Below, one piece after another: positions 23,883-35,395 of a stretch of DNA of 35,835 nt. The translations under genes and the position numbers were made by a program. Position 1 is the stretch's first letter. Every line of letters starts with the position of its first letter. The notes beneath the pieces were generated by a model. The model saw nothing but the letters and a program-made list of their open reading frames with translations. It was not told where the DNA came from and searched no databases. The stretch comes from Dimorphilus gyrociliatus (Eukaryota > Animalia > Annelida): NCBI GenBank assembly GCA_904063045.1, contig CAJFCJ010000116.1:1-35835 (forward strand). Reading direction: 5' to 3'.

Positions 23883-24376
23883 TTAATGAGTAAAAAAACA
23901 ATAAAGATGCGGTTTAATTTTGCTTTCATTGCTGAATATAACTTTTCTCCATGTATTTGAGCTCCATTTAAGGTTTTTTTTGCAAAATTCTATTCTGTTT
24001 TTAATTTGCTTTCTATTTAGGGCTGGCTTCTTTGCAGCAATTCTGCCATTTAGTTTGTACTTACATAGGATTTTTTTCACAATAGATGGTGATATCTGAA
24101 TAGAAATTGCAGAATTGTCTAGAATGCCTCTAGCAGTCCATTTTGGGTTGATCTACATGTTCTTGTGAGTTGCAGTTCCATCCTCTTGGTGATTTTATGT
24201 GGTCTACCAGACCTATGCAGGTCATTTATTGTTTTTAATTGCTTGAACTGATTTTTTATATCCTGCACTGTAGCTAGGCTGCAATTAAATTTTGCTGCTA
24301 TGCCTTGAATGGTCATTTTTGGCATGCTTAAGTGGAACAGGATATCTTTGCGGATTTCTAAAGATAGCTGATGCAT
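23883..24376 (-). pseudogene. Tc1-like transposase remnant (second family): HTH domains up to the first catalytic motif
   Basis: MHQLSLEIRKDIL...IAAKFNCSLATVQDI...RSGRPHKIT, frameshift near 24153, then INPKWTARGI...RIAAKKPALNRKQIKNRIEFCK...WRKVIFSNESK (consensus SDESK, here D to N). Truncated after that. TIRs not identified. Confidence 0.85.
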
Positions 24377-25906
24377 TTTTTAATATTTCCAAAAGAAATT
24401 GTATGTTGTAAATTCAAGGGAACAATATTTGTAGACCAAATTTTTTTTCAATGATACTACTTATAATTATAAGGTCATAGTGACAGTGTTATAATTACTT
24501 CATAGCTGTCTAAATTGATAATATTGTAAAAAAATGAGTGAAAAACTGATGATTAAAATATAGATATTTTAAAAAATTTTGCCTGATGCTTCATAAGTCA
24601 TCTCTCTTACAGAAAAAAATATTCCTAACCATAAACTTCATTTGTAAATCAAGATATTTGGATTTTTGGAGAACGAAATTGTTAGACAGCAGTGACGAAT
24701 TTGAAATTTTGTCATAGTAAGAAAAATGAATGACAAAATGATATTTTGAATATTTAATTATGAATATTTCTTTAACTAATTACCAGAAAAGTGTAGGAAT
24801 AAAGTTTTTTGCCAAAATCACTGTTCGTCAATTGAAGATCTCTGTAATTTTAATCTGTTTTAAAAGAATCTGGAAACTTGTTATATTATGTATTTAATTA
24901 GTTGTGCCTGTGTTTTTGTTTTATCGTTATTTTTATCTTACATACCAATTCTGCTGAACCATTTACTAGTTTCATAAGAGTAAACTTCTTTAAATTCTCT
25001 CTTTTTTATTTCATAAGAACTTGTTTTCAAATTCAACAATTTGTTCTCCATTCCATTTTCTGATGGCAAGATCTAAAGGAGGGGTGGAGATTTTATTTTT
25101 TAATATTCTTGCTAATTCTCCGTTTTCGTGTACATTTTTTAGAAAATTTTTCAAAAAAATACTAAATTGGAGAAAAGTGATAATGAACAATACGAAACGA
25201 TTAAATTAAAATATAAATTTTACTTTAGACTATTAATTATAAAGAATATTTCGGTATTTCTTATTTATATATTAATATGTTAGTATTTTAAAAAAAACGA
25301 AGGATAAATAGAGATAAAACAATGTCTTTAAATAGATATTCTGTTATTGAAATTTCCAAAGATTGACAGTTTATACCTTGTAATAGCCATTTTAATTATT
25401 CCCGTACACGGTTACTTACAACAATACAAATTTTAAAAATTATAAAACAGAATGAGCATAACGATGCAAAGAAGATTAAGAAAAAGTAATTATGTTATCA
25501 TCATTAAAATTTTCATAACTTTTGTTCCTTTTTTCTCTTTTTTTTCAGAATTTATTCAACTTATGTAGAAAATTTTGAATGAATAATAAACAAATAAATC
25601 TAAAAAAATTGAGCTCACACAAAAAAGGCCTAGATATCATTAAAGAATTTTTAATAACCATGGACTATGTAAAATAATGGAATATATGTTGTTTACTAGT
25701 CTTAACATGTCTGTGACATTTTTTATCCTTGTATTTCATACAATATTTGTGTAAATAAAATATATGACTCATTGGCGAAAGTAGGTCAACATTGCATATC
25801 TCTATTAGTATAAATCAGCAGAAACCAAACAATCTATAGTAGAATAGAGCTGACTAACGATTGTGTACAATGACTCATTCGCTATAGCAGACAACTATTG
25901 TAAGAA

Positions 25907-26694
25907 ATGGCTAACCTAAAGAGCACAATTCTAAATTATATAGTGAATTCGACTGATTTAATCTTGAAAAAATCAGGAAATGTTATTATTCCTTGTTGTT
26001 TGGCAGTGGATCTATTGAATTATTTTGATAGCCTTAACATTGGAATTTCATTGAAACATTTGAAGTTTGTTTTATCTTTACGAACAGATTTATTTTATAT
26101 TAAATTTCATGGTTTTAACATAAAATCTTTTGATGTTGTACCTCTAATAAGAAATCATAGTATAAATAGTCTAAAGGTATACAATTTACAAAATATACCT
26201 TTAAAATCTTTGCTGTCAGTGATAAATGAAGACAAGTTAGTTGAGTTGACTGTTTCGGATAGTATTGATATTAATCATCTAGATTTTGCAAATGAGATGG
26301 AATTGATAAAGAAATATTCAAATTTGAAAAAATTGGATGTAAGCTTTACAAATTTTCAGGATGATTGTTTAAGATGTCTAAAGGATAATTTACCAAATTT
26401 AGAAGAATTAAATATATCAGCAACAGAAGTAGAAAGTCTTGAGCCTGTTCAATATTTTTCAAAATTGATGATTTTAACATTCTATTCAATTTTACCTTCA
26501 ATAAAATGTAGTGAATTGTATTTTTTACAAAAATTACAATATTTAAAAAAACTAGATGTCAGCAATAATAACTTTGAATCAAAAAGTGAAGATTTATACT
26601 TTATGAATGAATTTTTAAAATCTACATGCACTTGGAAAGCTCTAGAGTATATTAGTATTTGTGGAAAATGGCTTGTTGAAGAAGAGACACTTAG
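25907..26694 (+). CDS. ZYG11/ZER1-like LRR protein, first exon (putative Cul2/VHL-box substrate receptor-like)
   Basis: LRRs LKKLDVSFTNF, LPNLEELNISATEV, LKKLDVSNNN and LEYISICGK spaced as in the ZYG11 family N-terminus. N-terminal NLKSTILNYIV...IPCCLAVDLL resembles a BC/cullin box. GT donor at 26695. Downstream exons (about 26940-27520) could not be assembled cleanly. Confidence 0.6.
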
Positions 26695-28254
26695 GTTAAA
26701 TTTATTTCTACCTCCATTTAACATATTTCATAATTTTCAATCAATTCTAGAAATTTTGTGACAAGTCATTCAAATTTGAAATTTTTTGGATTGTTTTTAT
26801 ATGGAAGTGAAGAGAAGAACGTAAAAAATTTATGCCTAATTTCTGAAGTTATCTACACAAATTTCTTGCCAGTAATTAAAATATTTTGCTAGTTTTTTCT
26901 TAAATTATCAATAATAACTTATTATTTTTTTTAGAAATCTAAAAAAACCAGTATATTTTATCTTTTAAATGGATTGCAAAATTTCATTTATAGCAAAAGC
27001 CAAATTCATATTTATTTAAATTTTCTTGAAAATTTTATAATTGACTATAAATTGAAAAGAAATGAAAATTTTTCAAGCAAACAAATATGGATGGTTTGTT
27101 AAAATATTTGTTAGAGGTTTTCATTGGTAGTTTGCCTATAAACAGCCATTATTTACTGATAGTAGGCCTACTTTTATTAAAAAAAAAATTACCATAAATC
27201 TCTAAAACACTATAAATTCCTTTTTTTTTTAAAGTTTATCATTTTATCTCTTCAGCTAATATTTAACCTAATTGAATATTACAAGTTTGGAGTTTTTAAA
27301 TGGAAACAAAGGGATTTTTCAATATTTGTTATAAAAAAATGTCTTTTAATTTTATACCATTTAAATGGAGAAGAAGATGATTGGTTTCAAATTCTTTCTT
27401 CTGCCCAACAAATTACTGAAAGGCTTCATATGGATTATAAAAGTGGTAAATTTGGTTATCCTGAATTTTTGAATATGATATTAGATATCTTCTTAAAGAA
27501 TCCAAAAATAACTGGAAAGGTAAAGTAAATTTTCTCTTCTAATCTCTCAATATATTCTTGAATACTTTTAATTATAGATAGTACTCCCACTAACAATATC
27601 AAGGATATCTTCTCTCTTTGATTGTATAGATTATACAAGTATAGAATATAATTATAAACTGCAGGCTTTAAATTCTATTTATGATTAATGGAAAACAATA
27701 TGTTATGTAAAGTTGTATAAGTAAAACTTAATCTTTTTTAAATCTAGTGAAACAACTATTTCTATTGCTATGTTATAAGGTTTGAGTATTTAAATTAGTT
27801 CAAGCAATCTGCTTGAATCAGAATTTTGATACGAATGGTGAAATTTCTGTTCTACAAAAGAGGTTATCGTTAACACAAGCCGAGCATGGTGTCATGTGAC
27901 ACCGTAAAATGTTAATTGATAGTTTTTACCGTCAAAAGATACTAGTATCATGTGTCATTGAGGTGTTTTTTTGAGTTTAATCAATTAAATCTGTTTGTAT
28001 AATCTGTTTTTATCTGGCTGCTGTTGAGGGGAGAGAGAAAAGTCAATACAACTCAATATATGATAAAGAATATGTAAGAAATCATTAATGAAATAATTTG
28101 CTACATTAGAATTGTAAAAAAAGATGTTGTATTGATAGTCTGTCTGTGGCCAAGGGCTACCACTATCTATTCATTAATTATTGCTATTGTTAATTTATAT
28201 GAAAGATAACGAATGAATAATTTCATTGAATGTTAAAAAACAAAGCTCACTTAC

Positions 28255-28929
28255 GACATCCGTAGACTTCAATGTTAATTGCTCCATAATTTCCATCTCT
28301 TGGATAGAATTTAAAAAACCTAGTAGTTATTTTATGGGGAAATGGAATTGTTTTAATGGAGGTACTTTCTGGTGGAGATGTTCCTATAAATGTCTTGATA
28401 GCAAAAAAGTAAAATAGGTTTAATAATAAACAAAAATTGTTATTTAAATAGATAGTTTTACATAAACAGTTCCATTTACTTGAAAGTACTCTAAGGAATC
28501 TGCCATCATTCCATATTTTATTTGAAATTTGGATGTGTAATAGTGTTCAAAGGCGCCATTGGAGTTTTTGAAAGAATGTCCCAATAGATCTAATTTGTAA
28601 ATATCATATAGCTGATCTGTTGTACAAAAGCATATAAATACTTATATTCAACATTTTAAATTGAAATATCAACTTAAGTTAATCATCACCCATCCATTTG
28701 TAAAATCCGTAGTGTGCCATTTTGGGTAATCTAAAGGAATTTCAATTCTAGCATGATAAGCAGGCTTATCATTATAAGATGAATTATGAGTAAACAAGAC
28801 GTCAGGAAATTTATTTTTATCCCAAAGTCCAATTTTTACATCTGGACATTTTGTAACAGAATATGCATTTTTTACCAAATGGAACAAAAATAGAACAACT
28901 GTTGAGTAGTTCATTCTGCAAAAATGCAA
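28255..28929 (-). CDS. Secreted F5/8 type C (discoidin/FA58C) domain protein (three exons identified; 3' end uncertain)
   Basis: Exons 28929-28674, 28616-28462 and 28393-28255 splice in phase. Signal peptide, then CPDVKIGL...AYHARI...W...NGWVMINLNQLYDIYKLDLLG...YYTSKFQIKYG...TFIGT...ITTRFFKFYP...INIEVYGC, a typical FA58C pattern. Confidence 0.8.
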
Positions 28930-30008
28930 TATATTCTTAAGTTTCTGATAAAATATAATAATTCATAATTGATCGAAAACGGCATAACGACATGTCTCAT
29001 TAAAAATCACTCAAATTTTCATTTGATATCTAATTGAATTTCATGCCTTTTATATAAAAATTTCTCTAAGTTGAGAGAATAAAATCGAACAAAAATACGA
29101 AACTAATTATTAAATTACGAACATTATCAAGTAAAGTGCATTGAGTAGTAAATTTACATGAATAAATACAACTCAAAACAAATATACCTAGAGCTTTTAT
29201 TTCAGTAGTTGAAAATAATGGAATTTTTTTGTATAATTTTTCAAAATTAACAATTAATGATGAAATCACACCAATCTGCTCAAATGACAAAATATAAAAG
29301 TCGGGAATTTTAAACAATTTACAATAAATATTGCTCACCAAATTTCCTGAAAAATTATTATGACTAATTTAATCAAAAAAATATTTAGTAAGGAGGGGAC
29401 TGGAAGGTTAAAGCATTATTTTATCTAAAAGCTACATCACATTTTAAGTAGGCCTACCCTAAAAGCAAGCATCCTACAATGAATATTCTTTCCAGATTGT
29501 AAAAAATGTAAATTAGTTATGCTAATAACTTATATAAATATTAAAACAAACAAAAAAAAACATTCTGCTTTTTATTCATTTGACGTCCTTTTTTTAATGA
29601 TAAAAAATGGTAAAGTTTTTATCTAGAGTTAATTGAATACTGTTGATGTTGCTTTTCAAAACCTTTGTCAGTAAAAGGCAAGATTAATAGGAGACTGCAA
29701 AATATTCTGGATTCATACTGTCATACAATGCTGCATAAAATACAGTTTATAGTTTACAAGTAAATTGTATAGCTCTTGCTCCGTAAGAAAAGTTTAAACG
29801 AGTTTGATTTAATCTTAGTAATAAAGTAATAACTTATGCTAGTATGCTATTTATTATATATGTTAAATATTACCTCTGACAGCCAGGTATTGCAGACATT
29901 TCTTGGCCATAAACCGTATTTTAAATAAAAATGTTAGGAGTTCAGGTAACGCAACAATGTTCCATTAGTGTTTATAACCAAGACAAACAAACCAATCTAG
30001 ATAATGAA

Positions 30009-30043
<35 letters not shown>
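30009..30043. repeat. (TA)n microsatellite at the left end of the Tc1 element
   Basis: atatatatacatatatatatatatatatatatata read directly. Confidence 0.9.
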
Positions 30044-30315
30044 AAGTGGACGACAGGTATGTTGGAACACCTCAAATTTTTATAGGCCAAATATTAAAAA
30101 TCTTTTTCGTGATGAAAAAAGATTATTATTTTTATTTTTTTAGTGTTTAATAATAGATTAAACCTGCAATTTTATATAGATTTCTTTAAAACAGCAGTTA
30201 GGTACATTTTTACATATTTTTTTTTTATAGAAATTACCATAGTTTTCTGATTTTTTTTCTTATTTGGCAGCATGACATGTTTATTGGAACTATGTTCAAT
30301 AGTTAAATTTTTGGT

Positions 30316-31313
30316 CTACTTTTGTATGTGCCCACCCTCTCTTTCTATACATTTGCTTATTCTACGGCCCATTCCCCCATATAAGCCTGGCAACAAGAGT
30401 GGATTTCTGTTGATAACCTCATAGGAGCATTTCTTAATCTTTTCCCACAGTTCATCCTCTGTCTCAAACTGTGGACCATCATAGACCATTGTCTTGGTCA
30501 GATGCCACATGTTCTCTATTGGACTTAGATCAGGGCTCCTTGCTGGCCAATCTATGGGCTTGTTATTATTACTTTAAAAGGCCCTTTTTGTTTTTCTTGC
30601 AGCATGACAGCCAGTATTGTCTTGCTGGAAGATGTACTGCCTGCCCATTTTTGCCTCAATTTCTTCTATGACAGGCAGAACATCTTCCGCAATGAAGGAG
30701 CTATAGTTTTCAGCATTCAGCTTGCTCCTTATCCTCCAGACTTCAAATATGCTGTCAGAGGTTATTAACCCCCACACCAATACTCCACCTCTCCCCATAT
30801 TTATTGTGACCCTGAAATCCTTTTCGCTGTTACTGGTCCAAGTCCTAAAATCGTCAGGTCCACTTAGTGAAAACCTAGCCTCATCAGTACAAATAACCCT
30901 AGACCAATCTAGATTTTCGCTAATAACTTTGAGGCAGTACGCTTTTCTGAGTTTACAGTCTTTGGAGGTGAGATCAGTTCTTTGTCTGACTCTTTTATAT
31001 TTGAAATTTTGTCTTTTCAGCTCCCTCTGTATTGTTCTTATGCTTACATCTACTTCTAATTCTTTTAATATCTTTACTGCTGTCACTCTTTGCTTGTTAT
31101 CTTTCAGTTTCTTTAAAATTCTTTTCATCCTCTCTATCTCTCTGTCGGAAAGCTTCTTCGGACCTCCCTATTGTCTTGTTCTGGCTTCTTATACTTTAGT
31201 TTGTTGCTAATTGATGATGGTGCCATTCCTAAAACTCTTGCTGTTGCCCTTAATTTGCCTATTTCACTATATTTCTTGATTACCAAATCCCTTATATCTT
31301 GACTCCAAACCAT
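30316..31313 (-). pseudogene. Tc1 transposase pseudogene (DD34E)
   Basis: ATG 31313 MVWSQDIRDLVIKKY. Frameshift at about 31166-31168 and in-frame TAA at 30574-30576. Catalytic motifs CTDEARF, FQQDN and SPDLSPIEN, with 34 codons between the second D and the E. Confidence 0.92.
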
Positions 31314-31542
31314 AATTAAAAAAATACAATATAAATTATGTACAGTAATTTTTAATATTCAATAACTAATTAACTTAACTTAAAACAGGAAAAAAGTTGA
31401 AAAATTTTTTGTTTGAGATGTCTATTTGAATGTCAAACCAGATGTCAACTCAATGTTCCAATAAACATGTTGCGCGGCCAAATAAAGAAAAAACTTATGA
31501 AAATTATTAAAAATTTTTGCTAATAATCTTCACAAAGGATAA

Positions 31543-31748
31543 GACAGAAAACGTCCCCAAATTCATGATTTAACCCTAACCCTAACCTAGCCCTTGTCTC
31601 TCCTAAACCTTTTTGATTGCTCCTAACCCTTAGATTGAACCCAGTTAGGGGGGTTCAAAAAATAAATCAAAAGCTGCTTTACCCCTCCTAACCATTTTTC
31701 AATCCGAAATGTTGCTTTCAAAAATCTCATTTGGGGACGTTTTCTGTC
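31543..31748. mobile_element. MITE-like element, copy B, nested in the Tc1 element
   Basis: Perfect 20-bp inverted repeat gacagaaaacgtccccaaat (31543-31562) / atttggggacgttttctgtc (31729-31748). Internal ccctaaccctaacc. Absent at the homologous position (about 13520) of the related intronic Tc1 derivative. Confidence 0.8.
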
Positions 31749-32196
31749 GGCCCCCTTGACAAAATATTATCATTTTCTTAAATTTTTTTCAATATTATGT
31801 CAATTTAACTCTTTTTCTATATAAATTTAGACAAAAAATACTAATTTGCAGAGGACAAACAATTTTAACCATTAATTAAAAATTGGCCTATCAAAATTTA
31901 CGGTGTCCATATATACATGTCATCCACTTTATATGTAGTCAACTAGCACATCGTCTAAATTTGGCAGCGAAATTATCGTAACGTTTTATATAATTTTAAA
32001 CCTGTTCTTACCCCCTTATCATTCAGTTTGTGTACGAGTAATACTTATAATTACTGCTATATTACCAGTATAGACTTTAAAATTTAACGCGCTGTACTGA
32101 TAAGTCAATGACGTAGAAAGGACTTATATCCGCAACTACATATATATATATATATATTACTTTTTATACTAGTTTATTTGACATTCGAACGTAACA

Positions 32197-32270
32197 GCTT
32201 CCATAGCTCAGTTGGTTAGAGCGTCGTGCTAATAACGCGAATGTCCTGGGTTCGACCCCCAGTGGGAGCA
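32197..32270 (+). tRNA. tRNA-Ile(AAT): tRNA-Ile, anticodon AAT (IAU)
   Basis: Cloverleaf: acceptor GCTTCCA/TGGGAGC, D-arm GCTC/GAGC, anticodon stem TCGTG/CGCGA with loop CTAATAA, T-arm CTGGG-TTCGACC-CCCAG, discriminator A. Confidence 0.97.
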
Positions 32271-32273
32271 ATA

Positions 32274-32281
32274 TTTTTTTT
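32274..32281 (+). terminator. RNA polymerase III oligo-T terminator of the tRNA gene
   Basis: Run of T residues starting a few bases after the tRNA 3' end. Confidence 0.75.
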
Positions 32282-33619
32282 CTCTTTTTTGTCTTTTTTT
32301 TTCAATAATGCAGGGATTCTTGGAAATGGATGGGTTCACTAGAGACTCTACAAATGCAAAGTCTAATTGACGTTCTCAAAGTCAACTCAGTTGCTTTAAA
32401 TTTCTGGAATTATTAAATACAGCTAAAGGTAGAATTATAAATATGCAAGACTTATTAACTGCACGACTGGAATATTTCTATTCATGTTCTTGAACCATCA
32501 AAATACTCAACTGGAATAACTCGAGAACTGGATGTGAAAACAAGACTTATGGACAGCTATAAAAGAGCGTCGAAATGGACAAAGGAGAAATATCCAAAAA
32601 ATGTTTTACATTTTTCTTATTAAATTATCCTTATTATTTAAGAAATGATTATTTATTTGAATCTAGTTTTTGGAAGTGTTAAAGATGTTCAATTATCCGA
32701 TAAGTTAAATGAGGTGATCGACACCTATGAACATGCAATCCTTTCGATATGGCCCAAAAATCGTTATATAATTGGATTTCTAGAAAAATATTTTATAATT
32801 CCACTTAGTCATTTACCAACAAGCACTTCGGATAACGTCTTTTTAGAGTTGAAAAGAAAATCCTAATCAAGAGAAGTGAAAGAATTAATTAAATTCAAAT
32901 GAATATTTTTCTCCTTTTTGACTATTTTCACTTTTCCCTTTTGGGTTTTACTTCATTAGAGTCAAGACAAACTTCACACTCAGGAATTTAATGCACCAAT
33001 TGTTGACCTAAATGTCATTGATTTCTTTGAATAACAGACTCCGTATATGCAAAAAAATTTCTTTTATAATCTTAAATAAATAACTGTCTGTTTTTTGAGC
33101 CACAGTAACTTTTGGAATTTTTCACATAGCCTACAATGACTAGAAATTTCACCATAAAATATATGTAAAAATGTATTTCTTTGAACAGCCGATAGGATAA
33201 GAACTTAATGTAGACTGGGTGAAATAATAAAGAATGTATAAAGTTTCATTTATTTTTTAAAAGAATGCATCATATTTTATGATATACTGTATTTACAGTT
33301 GACATTATTAGATATGTATGGTTGATCAGTATCCATTTGAAGACACTTTTATCATTTCTATACCAGTGCCATCTATCCGTTTATTTGAAAATTACAGTTA
33401 GAACTCAATTAAGGATGACAATAAAAACTATTTTAGACATTAGTAGGTGAGTAAACTGTTTTAGCTTCCTGCAATTATTTACTTCTAATAAAAAAATAAA
33501 TTATAAAATTATATTATTTTATTAATTTAATATCCTATTCATATTATTGTATTTTTTTAAGTAATATAAAATAATTTACAACATGTGAAAAAATCTTCAA
33601 TTTACTGTCAACTCTTTGA

Positions 33620-35097
33620 ATGATGAAAGAATTATTCTACCTAGTTTCATTCTATGTTTGTCACAGCATTATATTACAGTGTTTTTTATTGCATTTTAAT
33701 ATCAAATTGTTTTTTCTCCTTCAGATTATTTCTGTTTCAAGGACGACTTTTGTAAGTTTAGAATGGGAGATTCAAAAGATTGCATCCTCTTCGAATGATT
33801 CTTATAGTTTAGATATAAATGCAACATTTTCTCTATCATATTTTACCGATTTAAAAGATTATTTTATACTTTGGAGGAATTCTACTAAAAGTAATTTCAA
33901 TTTGGATTATTATGAAACTTATTATTTTACCAGTTAGTATTACTTTCTTCTTCCTTTATAGCCATCCTAACCTAAAAACTATCTTGTTGTTTCCTTCTTT
34001 AAGATGTAAATGCTGGAACAAAATTAGAAAATACTCACTACGTGAAAAATTCAATAGATTTTCTAAAAAGTAACTTAAAGTTTGACTATTTCATTTACAA
34101 CAAAGATGTTTTGAAATACTACGAAATATGTCTAAGGATATTGAAGATATCGGCTGGAACTGAATCTGGATATTGTATTCAATTGAATGACGAACTGTCG
34201 GGAAAAATTGAAAATATACCAAAATTTGTTGAATGGGATGAAACTATGGATAAAAGTATAATCAGCTATTTAAAAGGAGAAAGATTTTCGTATTCAATTG
34301 ATTTTTGGCTTTATCAAACGAAAGTCAATTTTGAAATAATCAGATCATATAACAAAAAATTGAATGGAAAGTATCAATGGTCAGGGTACGGACATTCTAT
34401 AAATTTGAATACTACTTATAACAATGAGAATTTGGGTCAAAATATTACTGGAGAAGTTTTTATTTTAAAATCTAAAGATAAAATGCATATTGTTAATGAA
34501 ATTTCTTTTGAAAATACAAGCAATTCTATAAATACTGATTGTAGACTGAGCTTTCTTATTTATCAATTCGGAGAAGATTTATCTACATCAATTGAAGATG
34601 ATAATACAAAAATTGCATCATTCTACTCAGCTAAAGATTTACTTATTAAAGAAAGAAGCAGGTCAAGAATCTTTGAAAATTTACATCCTTATTTTCAAGG
34701 ATGCGATTTCAAAACAAGTGATGGTTACAATGTAAAAAAGTCAATTAATTTTACCCTTCCTGTATTATCTGGTAAAATAAATTGCTTTCATTGCAAAGTT
34801 CAATATGCTTCAATGGATGATATATATTTAGAAATTTACAAAGATAATAGGAAATTATCAAAGAATACTTGGATAATGAAAGATAAATTACATTCTATGG
34901 TAATTATTTAGTTAAAAATATCTCTTGCCATTTGAATTTCTTTGTTTTAATTCCAATTTCTTTAGATTACTGTTGATTTACCATATCCAACAATTTCTGA
35001 TGAAGGACTTTATGAATGTCGGGCAAGATCAATGCTAAATGGAATTTTGCCAACAGCTTTTGCTAATGTACAAATTTATCACAATAAAATCTTCTAA
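33620..35097 (+). CDS. Secreted protein with a C-terminal Ig-like domain and a possible N-terminal FN3-like fold (4 exons)
   Basis: Exons 33620-33655, 33725-33932, 34004-34899 and 34966-35097 splice in phase. Signal peptide MMKELFYLVSFYIISVS. Ig motifs FHCKV...LEIYKDN...DEGLYECRA. No TM segment. The FN3 call rests only on TTFVSLEWE...Y.L.Y spacing. Confidence 0.7.
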
Positions 35098-35163
35098 AAT
35101 CGAGTTACAGCGATCATTCATATCTTATATAATTGGCGCTTTATAAAGCGGCACTCTTTCGGG

Positions 35164-35395
35164 ATTGTTCTATATTTACGGATTTACTGCATTACCAATC
35201 CGTCTAATTTTTATTTTCCGTTGTGCTCATGCAGATTCGATCATGCTTTTATAGACGACAGTTAGGCACTACTCAATACCTGTTCTCACAGTCATCGATC
35301 ATTTCTCTGTAAAAATTTAAAATTGATTAATACCATCTTTCATATGATAAAAAAATCCTGTGGAGGGCAATATCTGTTCTTCTCTATTTAAAAAG
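35164..35395. repeat. Dispersed 232-bp repeat of unknown family, copy 2
   Basis: Homologous to 22309-22540. Confidence 0.85.

Larger units (their letters stand above)
30042..31931 (-). mobile_element. Full-length but decayed Tc1-family (DD34E) DNA transposon
   Basis: Imperfect TIRs taaagtggacgacaggtat...taggccaa (from 30042) and taaagtggatgacatgtat...taggccaa (reverse complement ending 31931). TA on both sides. Contains the transposase pseudogene and a nested MITE. Confidence 0.9.

Noticed and set aside
24600-25900. AT-rich stretch with short ORF 25021-25209
   Set aside because: No splice-consistent exons or repeats recognised. Treated as intergenic.
29066-29341. Minus-strand 91-aa hydrophobic ORF upstream of the FA58C gene
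   Set aside because: Non-ATG start, low-complexity AT-driven composition and no motif.
30471-31210. Plus-strand ORFs 30471-30671 and 30722-31210
   Set aside because: They are antisense shadows of the Tc1 transposase and have no independent motif.
32290-33450. Peptide-like fragments downstream of the tRNA (e.g. WKWMGSLETLQ, ORF 32645-32866, minus-strand WHWYRNDKSVFKW)
   Set aside because: They could not be joined into a phase-consistent gene and no family motif was convincing. Possibly a decayed gene.
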